DNA of 63,933 bases, the filler included, from Lenisia limosa (Eukaryota; Protista; Breviatea): assembly GCA_001655205.1 (NCBI GenBank). It is 10 parts of 10 records of this genome, joined end to end, with 100 filler letters (N's around TTAATTAATTAA, not from the genome) between each part and the next. Parts side by side here need not be neighbours in the genome. Positions count along the whole stretch, not along the records: positions 54,470 to 55,914 come from LPNZ01004222.1; positions 56,015 to 62,246 come from LPNZ01006224.1; positions 62,347 to 63,933 come from LPNZ01000187.1; 7 more parts are not named here. One strand, 5' to 3'. Both the position numbers and the translations under genes were made by a program. Every line of letters starts with the position of its first letter. The first letter of the stretch is position 1. Below, piece after piece: positions 55,213-63,933 of this stretch. The notes below the pieces were generated by a model, which was not told where the DNA came from, did not search any database, and saw only the letters and a program-made list of their open reading frames with translations.

Positions 55213-55669
55213 TGAGTACTACCAAGAATAGACCCGGCACAATGAGTTCCATGTCCGCCCCAATAGTCGACAAAATCGGTGTTCGTCTGATACAGGGCGA
55301 TCTTCCTATGGAAACTGTGCCGTGGGGTCGAATCCGATAAAGGGTAGTACTCAACTGGGGGGAGGGGGGATTGGAAAATATGAAACAAGAAAGTCCAAAT
55401 CAACTCTACTGCCTGACAACATACGAAAGTCGAAAACAACAAACAAAGCCCAGGCCACTTGCTACTGAAATACCGCATTCCTTTGCACACAATATGCACC
55501 AAATATGAAACAAAAAAACTACTAATCCTCGAAACATAACGACAGAAGATAAAAAAGTAGATTAGTCTCTCAAGAAACCTTCGATAAACCCTAAACAAAC
55601 TCAACCTACCAGGATTGTGCTCATCGTGGAACAAGCAATGGTTCACATCTAGCCCAGTGTCAATCATTT
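55213..55669 (-). CDS. Subtilisin S8 protease, KP-43/TagC-like; fragment with catalytic Asp and His
   Basis: MIDTGLDVNHCLFHD | ...HRKIALYQTNTDFVDYWGGHGTHCAGSILGS. Confidence 0.88.
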
Positions 55670-56087
55670 CTGGAGGGGCAGTGAAATACAGAATATTTTG
55701 GAATCTTCGATATATCGATATTTTATCGGTATTTTTCGAAGGGAAGCCCCACATATACTGAAACCCTGGACCTTCCGACTCATAGAGAAATATTCATAAT
55801 ATCACAGACACGAACTAACAACAAACATTCCCTCTGGAATCATATTATCTATACTACAGCTCAGATATAATGTAGAGATGAGAAAATAAAGCTGTACCTG
55901 GCCAACACTCTCCANNNNNNNNNNNNNNNNNNNNNNNNNNNNNNNNNNNNNNNNNNNNTTAATTAATTAANNNNNNNNNNNNNNNNNNNNNNNNNNNNNN
56001 NNNNNNNNNNNNNNGAAGCCCCGTTCGCAACCATGCTTACTACACCCACAGCTAAAACGGTATGATGGTTTCTGATCACATATTTTT

Positions 56088-56184
56088 AGGCTTCCCTGCG
56101 GGCGGAAAAAGATCGTTAAAATATCGGTATTTATCAATGATTTGTCGGGAGATTCTGTCTTTTTTGGAACCGTAGGGAAGCCCT
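56088..56184. mobile_element. MITE family A copy (GGCTTCCCT TIR variant)
   Basis: AGGCTTCCCTGCGG..GGAACCGTAGGGAAGCCCT. Confidence 0.8.
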
Positions 56185-56424
56185 ACATATAGTACAAGGG
56201 ATTCACCCCGATCCAGATAAAGACGGAGTGTCTCGATAAATCATTAATATACTGTATTATTCCTATACTCAGTATTATGGGTCACAGTAGAGGAGTAATA
56301 ATGTCTGGCCGAAGCTGTTTTGTCAGCCAATAGAGTTTACTTTGGGCATTTTTGTTTCAAAATTTGTTCCCCCCTCCCTATCATAGAAAGTACCATGCCT
56401 CCCTCCCTTGATTTGATTTCTTGA

Positions 56425-59400
56425 TTTTGATCCCCCCCCCCCAGCTGGTAGTAGCAGTCGATGATACGGTTCAAAGTACCGACACACTTCNNNNNNNNNN
56501 NNNNNNNNNNNNNNNNNNNNNNNNNNNNNNNNNNNNNNNNNNNNNNNNNNNNNNNNNNNNNNTTTGATGATGAAGAACGGGTGGGGAGGGAGGGGGGTCC
56601 CATGTTTATGCCCAAAAAGACTGAATTTCTCGATAATTTTTCGATAAATATCGATATTTTGACGGTCTTTTTCGCTCTCTGGGAGAGCCCTATTCATGAT
56701 AAAGGAGAGCGGATACATTTCTTCCTTGTTCATTAATGCAGTTTTGGACTTGTGTTGGACATTTGGGCTTCACTTCGGTTCGAAAAATGACAGGATTACT
56801 CGATAAATCCTCGAAAACTATCGATATTTTCCTGGGTTTTATCCGAACCGAAGTGAAGCCCTATGTGGGAGAACTTTGTGTGTAATGTTTCGTCTCTAAG
56901 CATATTTTGCGTCTCCTTCATCCCCCTGTTAAACCGCTCACATTTCCTCAAGACGCACACTTCAACGTTCGTTCAATACTTCTTGAACCCCGAGCTTCCA
57001 GCTGTCTCTTTTGAGAAAGTAGTCAAATTTGTGAGTGTGGCTTTTCTGTTTTCGTGGGATCTATAAGAGTGTATAAGAGGACTCCTTGCAATTATTTTGA
57101 GGAAATTGATTGACAAAAATAGAAATTAAAGTGTTTAAAATGGGGTTCTCGTTACAATTTCAAAATTAACAATTAATTTTCCAATTACATGGAGCACTAG
57201 ATGTCATATGCATATATAGTGATCGCAATTAGTCCTGACACGATTGACAATAATATAAAATGAAAAAGAGAGAGCAGGAATACACATCATACAGTATATA
57301 ATCGGCTTCCCTACGGTCCCAAAAAAGACTGAATTTCTCGATAAATCCTCGATAAATATCGATATTTTGACTCAAAAGGAAAGCCTTAATAATCATAATT
57401 ATATTCAGTGACCGTGATAAGTCCTTACACGAATGACTGAAGAGAAAGCTCAATGTTCATGTCAGGACTGATCGCGATCACTGCCCAGTATTTGTGTAAC
57501 AATAATTTCTAGGAAAACGAGGTTTCACTTCGTAGGGTTTAAATGGCATTAGGGCTCCATTCCAGTATAAAGACCAGGAAATATATCAATATTAAGAAGA
57601 GTTGATTTTTTACGTATGCTGGAGTGATGGGATGCGGAGCTGCAGAAGCGACCGGCCTGGGCTTTGTNNNNNNNNNNNNNNNNNNNNNNNNNNNNNNNNN
57701 NNNNNNNNNNNNNNNNNNNNNNNNNNNNNNNNNCATAAGTTTTTCAATATAACCCCCCAGGGGGACATGGCCTTGATTGAGCCCCTCATCGTCGCCTCAA
57801 CATGTGCTAGCTATCCGTCCCGGGCCATTAATATGACTTTTGACGACAGCGCTGTCAAGGTCATGAATCAACATCTTGCTGATGCCGTGATGAATCCTAT
57901 AAATGTGGGCGAAGAGAATCCTATCAATGTGGGCGAAGAGAATCCTATCAATGTGGGCGATGAGAATGGAAAATTTGGAAACTGCTTTATTTTTTTCGGC
58001 GGATTTCGTACACTACGGCTCATGGACTTGGGATTCCCTTGTGAATCCCATAAATTTCTTCAAATTTCCATAAAATTAAATGGGATTTCCATGTGAAATA
58101 TGGGAGTTTCAACGTTTTCACAAGAATCCCAAGTCGATGCGACGTAGTGTAGACTCGATGTGACTCAGGAAGAACAGGGAGGGGTAATATTGTGTAATAT
58201 GGGATTGTGGTGGGGGTAATTCATAAAGGATTTAAGCTCAATATCCCATTTAATGATGATGATCCTGTCATCCAATATCTCTTTAAAGCTTTAAAGAGAT
58301 TATAGCAATGATTGTATCTAGGACTTCACTTTCGGTTCAAAAAAAGACCTGTGAAATATCGATAGTTTTCGGCGATTTATCAAGAAATTCAGTCTTTTTG
58401 CGAAACAAAGTGAAGCCCTGATAGTATCCTTTAGTAATCATGATATCAGGGCTTAACTGTATTTCGAAAAAAGACTGAATTTCTCGATAAATCGTCGAAG
58501 ACTATCGATATTTCACAGGTCTTTTTTGAACCAAAGTGAAGCCCTAGATACAATCCATCAATCAATCTCCCTTGTTATGGATATAGTATACATACATTAG
58601 CATATAGTACTATGTATGATAAATAAGTCTGAAATGGAGTTGGTCATCAATGAAAGTCGGTTGGTATGGTGGAAATAGGTTATCTACGGCCCATCGACAT
58701 GGGAATCCCATAAATTTCCTCAAATTTCCATACAATTCCATGGGATTCCCATGTAAAAATTGGGAATTCCAACGTGTTTACAAGAATCCCAAGTCAATGC
58801 GCCGTTGTAATATCTACTTAGTTCAATTAAAAACATATAAATGTCTATTGACGTGATCGATTCTGTAATCACTACCGCTGATAAATTTGGACGTTGTAGC
58901 CGCCATACTTAAATGTTGAAAAGTTACTTAACTAGGAAGCTTCCGAAACGGGAAACTTTCCAAATGAGGTAAAGGTAACTTACCTTGGGTAAGTTACCTT
59001 TAAACGTAACTTGTCCGTACCCTTTGTCTTACACACCGTCATAACTATATCGTATAATAATTTTCTTCACATGGAGCTGAGTAATAACCGCTTACTGTAT
59101 ACATATTTGGTAATTGGAAGAGATGAGCACTTACCAGATTAGGTAAACAGCTTCAATTTAGAAATTTCGAATGGAATTGAGACCCAAACAGAGACCGTTT
59201 ACCTCATTAGTGATCATCCCTTCATTCAGGTCTATCATGAAAGTGTAAGTAGCGTGGATTCTATCCCAATTGCTGTGTCACTTTTTGGGTCATTTTTTAT
59301 CTATTCTATCCCTTTTTGGTGGTCTTTTTGTTATAGGTGCACTTAACCACTTGAGATGTACTACGTTTAATACTAACTAACCCCATCAACCTGTAACTAA

Positions 59401-62170
59401 TGTTATAGACTAACCCCCTCAACCTGTAACTAATGCAACAGAATATCCCTCAACTTGTAACTAATGTAACCGNNNNNNNNNNNNNNNNNNNNNNNNNNNN
59501 NNNNNNNNNNNNNNNNNNNNNNNNNNCAACCTGTAACTAATGCAACAGACTTTTCCCGTTTTCCCCCCCGAGATGTTTGGAGGGAGATTCTTCTTGAACA
59601 TTTCTGAGACCAGCTTTGCCACGGCTTCGAGGCTTTCGTAAGGGGGAAAGGGGGCTCTTTAAAGGTTTAACTTCGGGTATATTCCTTGATAAACATCGAT
59701 AAATCCTCGATAAATATCAATATTGTATTGGTTTTGTCAACCAAAGTGATTCCATTANNNNNNNNNNNNNNNNNNNNNNNNNNNNNNNNNNNNNNNNNNN
59801 NNNNNNNNNNNNNNNNNNNNNNNNNNNNNNNNNNNNNNNNNNNNNNAGCGTCTGGCCCTGGCTATTATTGTTTTGCTGTTATCAACCCTCGTGTTTGTCA
59901 GCCAACAGAGTTGATTTTGGGCTTTTTAGTTTCATAAATTTTCCAATTTTACCCCCCTTCCCACTTATCAACCCAGGCTCCGCTGTTCCTTTGCCACCAC
60001 AGACATGACGTCCTACGAACATTTCCTCGATTATCGCTATGGGAACTACGACACTGATTGTCGCTATCGAAACGGCACTATGGTTTCATTGGCTCTCACC
60101 GAAAACGCTCTTGATTTAGACTTGGCCGATTTCCGCTATGGTGACTACGTGTTCATGGTTTGGGGTTTGTTTCTTGAAAATTGATTGGATTTTTGGTTGG
60201 ATGCGGGGACTTTATCACCATATGACCCCATTCTTATTCACCTTTCGACCCATGTTTATTCCTCTGAAGGAAGCGAATCGTTTCACTTTGGTTCGAAAAA
60301 GGCCAGTAAAATATCGATAGTTTTCGAGGATTTATCGAGATATTTAATCTTTTTTTTGAACCAAAGTGAAGCCCGAAACAACACCTCTCATCAAGCCTCC
60401 GCCCCTACACCCTTCTTAAACCAATTGATAAATTTGAAACATTAATTTCATTAAACTCCTTAGTAGGGCTTCACTTCGGTTAAATTTCTCAATAGATCCT
60501 CGAAAATTATCGATATTTTACCGGTATTTTTGAAAGGAGATCAACATAATTTTCCGTAGGTATTAGGCCGATTGGGCAATGCCTACCAAAGAGTGGAGAT
60601 TTCGATTCGCACGGTGGATTCCCCTTGGCAAGCAGTCGTTTTGCTGCAGTGTAAGCTCAGCAATTGAAATAGTGTTGGATTCCTACGAGAACTTAAAGGT
60701 CACAAAAAGTACGACTTCTAATAGGGTTTTCAACAACAGATAATGAGACGCATATTACAGGGTTTTCAACAACAGATTATGAGACGCATAATACAGTATT
60801 TGTAATAATAAACTACGTGAATTGATCTTAATGAATCCTGTAATACAGTGATCGGGATCATGGTCAAGACTTCTACTTACAGTATACATATGATATATCA
60901 TATATTATATAATATATTATAGTATTAGTATGATATTCTATATTTCTGCTGATGATATTCCCCCCTCCCTATAATAAAACCCCAGGGATTGTCTCGTATA
61001 CTGTACATGCTGTCACCCCCCCCCTCCTCTATAGTATAAGAACCATAACCCTCACATTCGTTGGAGTNNNNNNNNNNNNNNNNNNNNNNNNNNNNNNNNN
61101 NNNNNNNNNNNNNNNNNNNNNNNNNNNNNNNNNNNNNNNNNNNNNNNNNNNNNNNNNNNNNNNNNNNNNNNNNNNNNNNNNNNNNNNNNNNNNNNNNNNN
61201 NNNNNNNNNNNNNNNNNNNNNNNNNNNNNNNNNNNNNNNNNNNNNNNNNNNNNNCCCCCTGATAACCCCAACCCCAGGGATTATTCAGGATATATGGGCG
61301 AAATCACCTATGAAATCTCGACCCTGCCAGTAGACCCGAACTTTGATGTTCTTGAAAGGTGAGTAGTATATACCTAGGGCTTCACTTCGGTCAGAAAAAG
61401 GCCCTATTTTATTTCTCTATATATAATTCAATATCTCTTATATGTGTGATGGTGTGTACTACTTCGGCCAGGTACAACCTTGTTTTATTTCTCATATCTA
61501 TGTATGTATTGAATATTTCGCTCATCTCTTAGCATTGAATGGTTCATTGAGGGTGCCGATGCTTCCATGGAAAAGAAGTTCTACAAATCTGCACAATACT
61601 CGTCCTTCAAATTTGATAGCGGCCTCTCTTGTGATGGATGGTTGGTAGGGCACCTTTTTCATAGTAACATGTACAGTGACCGGGAAAAGTCTTGACCGAT
61701 TTACTCTATGATTTCCCAAGGAAAATCGGTCAAAACTTATCCCAGTCACTGTATCTGATCATATATATATATCTTGTATATATGTGCTATATGATGCTAT
61801 TTAAAGCAGGTCTCTTAACCCGATTATTTGCGTAATCTTAACCGAGCCCCAAATCCATGATTTTTGGTCAAATGTTGTCAAAAGCTGTACCCCAAATCCA
61901 TAGCTTTACACTTCGAGGTTTCATTCTGGTTTAGTGGCCTGTTTTTATTACTTATGCTTTCTATATATATACATAAGATATGTGATGAATTTCACACGTG
62001 TGAGCTATCATTTTCTACGCAGTGATATGATACCTCTTATCCACTCATAATATGATAATTGACCGACAAATCTCAATGATACTCTGATACACTCGGGGTG
62101 AACTCTTCTTCGTTCATCATTTCGACTTGAAAGTCGGACATATGATCACATCACTAGTGGATAGGGTTAA
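56425..62170 (+). CDS. Internal exons of a large uncharacterised protein
   Basis: Phase-compatible exons: PLLNRSHFLKTHTSTFVQYFLNPELP; GDMALIEPLIVASTCASYPSRAINMTFDDSAVK; FFLNISETSFATASRLS|LRCSFATTDMTSYEHFLDYRYGNYD; VLGRLGNAYQRVEISIR; DYSGYMGEITYEISTLP; SIEWFIEGADAS. Confidence 0.55.
56594..56691. mobile_element. MITE family A copy
   Basis: AAAAAGACTGAATTTCTCGATAA..ATATCGATATTTTGACGGTCTTTTT..GAGCCCTA. Confidence 0.8.
56765..56861. mobile_element. MITE family A, type copy (97 bp)
   Basis: Perfect TIR GGGCTTCACTTCGGTTCG...CGAACCGAAGTGAAGCCC around the core CTCGATAAATCCTCGA..ATCGATATTTT. Family termini are usually TA-GGG...CCC-TA. Confidence 0.9.
57304..57386. mobile_element. MITE family A copy nested within family-B-like termini
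   Basis: GGCTTCCCTACGGTCCCAAAAAAGACTGAATTTCTCGATAAATCCTCGATAAATATCG. Confidence 0.8.
58011..58149. mobile_element. MITE family D (139 bp, CACTACG...CGTAGTG termini, TA flanks); second copy at ~58683-58808
   Basis: Inverted GACTTGGGATT/AATCCCAAGTC arms and internal GGGATTCCC motifs shared by both copies. Confidence 0.7.
58320..58545. mobile_element. Two MITE family A copies in inverted orientation (58320-58419 and 58448-58545)
   Basis: The copies are near reverse complements of each other, and so are their flanks. Confidence 0.88.
59375..59547. repeat. ~33-bp minisatellite (CAACCTGTAACTAATG core) in an intron 3' region, partly gapped
   Basis: At least 4 visible copies. Confidence 0.75.
59847..59960 (+). 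mobile_element. Dispersed family C element, type copy; others at ~5133-5310, 11667-11757, 40809-40850, 51604-51657, 52390-52470, 53600-53823, 55355-55490, 56305-56385, 57600-57760, 62447-62510
   Basis: Shared blocks CTGCAGAAGCGACTGGCCTGG..TGTCAGCCAACAGAGTTGATTTTGGGCTTTTT..TTTCATAAATTTTCCAATTTTACCCCCC. No TIR or TSD identified, so mobility is inferred from dispersal only. Confidence 0.75.
60278..60374. mobile_element. MITE family A copy; a partial copy follows at 60465-60535
   Basis: TTTCACTTTGGTTCGAAAAAGGCC..TTTTGAACCAAAGTGAAGCCC. Confidence 0.85.
60722..60795. repeat. 37-bp tandem duplication
   Basis: AGGGTTTTCAACAACAGATAATGAGACGCATATTAC x2. Confidence 0.8.
61674..61751. mobile_element. 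MITE family B, Tc1/mariner-like, type copy (78 bp); other copies at ~8203-8274, 50361-50437, 51174-51230, 53045-53062, 53455-53553, 57218-57483, 60844-60870
   Basis: TA|CAGTGACCGGGA...TCCCAGTCACTG|TA: CAGTG termini with a TA duplication. Confidence 0.85.
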
Positions 62171-62346
62171 CATGCGTGTGTGTCTGAACCTGGGGACGTA
62201 ACGTGTGTATGAATGGGTGAATTAATATTACACTACAATATCTCTTNNNNNNNNNNNNNNNNNNNNNNNNNNNNNNNNNNNNNNNNNNNNTTAATTAATT
62301 AANNNNNNNNNNNNNNNNNNNNNNNNNNNNNNNNNNNNNNNNNNNN

Positions 62347-63540
62347 TCCCAGACGGAGTCCAGTCGGGTGATCCCCGAGTCAGCGTGCAGAGACGAGCTG
62401 TGCGGGAAGGCATAGGAGGAAAGCATGAACTGGTGGATTTCACTCACTGTGGGGAGTAAAATTGGAAAATGTTTGAAACAAAAATAAGCCCAGTCCAATC
62501 GCTTCTGCGGGGTGGAATCAATTATGTGAGGGTAAACGGGGGATTTAATACTATTTGGGTGGAAGAAACTGGTCTAAATTCAAGTGTGTGTGAAATTCAA
62601 AATTCATGATCTGGAATATTTCATTTAGAGTGTGGGTGAAAGGATCATAGAGAGAAGTAGGAAAATAAAGCAGGGTCAATAAAAATCAACAATAAGCCTC
62701 AACTTTCCCTCACCAACAGATGTCACATGACACCACCTTCACGTTGAAAGTGAGGTAAACTGCAGTTACATACGGCCAGCTGCTGTGATCATCGTAGTAT
62801 TTGTTCGCCAAAACATAGGATGCTTCGCCCTGGGATGGTGACTCGAAGAATAAAGAGAACATTGATGATAAATAGTTAACATTACTACCCCGTACAATAA
62901 TTGTTTGAAGAAATTGATTGAAAAAATTAGAAATAATTAAAGTGTCAGTTCCGGTTACACTACATCCCACTTCAAATATTGCAATTATTGTTTCAATTAA
63001 TTGCACAGAGCCCTAGAAACACTGGTTTCAAGAAGATCAGTCCTCAAAAAGATCCAAAGCAACCCCCCCCCCGGATCTTAGCTTCAATAGATTTTACTGC
63101 AACCTCCCACACCTATTCTCATTAAAACACCCATACAAATATCACACAAATTCTCAACCTAAATCCAAACTCCCCTTTCGAAGTACCAAAAATACTGCAT
63201 TTCTCGATAAATCCGTTAAATATCGATATTTCACCGGCCTTTTTCGAACAGTAGGGAAGTCCTATTATACTACTACTTAAGCTGTATAGTATATGCATTT
63301 TACCATTACACCCTCTAGTGCGATGAGGCTAAATCCAAACTTACGAAGTTTGGATCAAAGTCGAATTCTCTGAAGTGGTTAAAAAAGGTTCCTTCCTATT
63401 TTTAATAGCATTATGATTAACAGTATTACTAATAGCAGTATTATTAACAGTATTATATAAGCAAATAATATGTTGCGATGATAAATACAACAAGTTGATA
63501 CTTGGCCAAAGCCGTCCACCCCATCACTAATTAACCCAAC
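62347..63540 (-). CDS. Internal exons of an uncharacterised gene
   Basis: SPSQGEASYVLANKYYDDHSSWPYVTAVYLTFNVKVVSCDICW|GTGAG and VSEIHQFMLSSYAFPHSSSLHADSGITRLDSVW. Confidence 0.45.
63172..63263. mobile_element. MITE family A copy
   Basis: TTTCTCGATAAATCCG..ATCGATATTTCACCGGCCTTTTTCGAACAGTAGGGAAGTCCT. Confidence 0.75.
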
Positions 63541-63738
63541 TAGTGGATATGAAAAAAATAGTAGTAAAACCCACAACTCACTCGTGGTCATAAACTAGGG
63601 TCATATTAGGAAAGGCCTCCCACACGAAAGGTTGGCACTACATTTTTACTAATGCAACAGATATAAGTGAGGTACAACTTTGTCACAGATCACTGAGTGT
63701 AAAGAAGGAAAGAAGATAATTTGAAAAAAAAGAAGATC

Positions 63739-63798
63739 GTGTGAAGGAAACAAGAGAGTGTGAAGGAAACAAGATAGTGTGAAGGAGACAAGATGAAA
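63739..63798. repeat. ~19-bp tandem repeat x3
   Basis: GTGTGAAGGAAACAAGA repeated. Confidence 0.7.
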
Positions 63799-63933
63799 GT
63801 GTGCAGTGGGACAGTGAGGCATGAAAGAAAAACAATAGTATCTGGAGAATATGCATTATAATAAACGATTAAGGGAAGTGAACGGCATGAATGACAAAAT
63901 ATTTAAAAATGTTAAAATTGTCCTTATCTTACT

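Noticed and set aside
59605-59607. In-frame TGA suggesting selenocysteine (DVWREILLEHF*DQL)
   Set aside because: Another frame (MFGGRFFLNISETSF...) is open and phase-compatible with the next exon.

Overview
Eukaryotic nuclear DNA, AT-rich and very intron-rich, from an unidentified flagellated protist with mitochondria. Support: MORN3-like and SFI1-like genes, mitochondrial DLD, an SLC25 carrier, and an eS30 without the animal ubiquitin-like fusion. The window is not one locus. Nine N-flanked TTAATTAATTAA six-frame-stop linkers join about 10 scaffolds, so adjacency across linkers means nothing. The host uses the standard code (TAA, TAG and TGA each end a conserved gene) and GT-AG introns from 23 to over 600 nt. 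Genes reconstructed by hand-splicing: membrane guanylyl-cyclase-like gene, tRNA-Ser(AGA), U1A/U2B''-family RRM gene, SLC25 carrier, RPS30, MORN3-like, uridine phosphorylase, divergent SUMO, SERF, DLD, a large SFI1-like protein, a CBM + putative glycoside hydrolase type-I membrane protein of bacterial appearance, an RNF213/mysterin-like AAA+ fragment, a KP-43-type subtilisin fragment and several unknowns. At least four short repeat families occur, mostly in introns. Best candidate for a new system: a ~100-150 bp dispersed element (family C) whose pyrimidine-rich end sits at, and often forms, the 3' splice site of introns in unrelated genes. It is accompanied by G-run/C-run bracketing of introns and recurrent tandem duplications across splice sites. 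All product calls come from my own translation and recalled motifs. No database search was run, and exon boundaries are hand-inferred.
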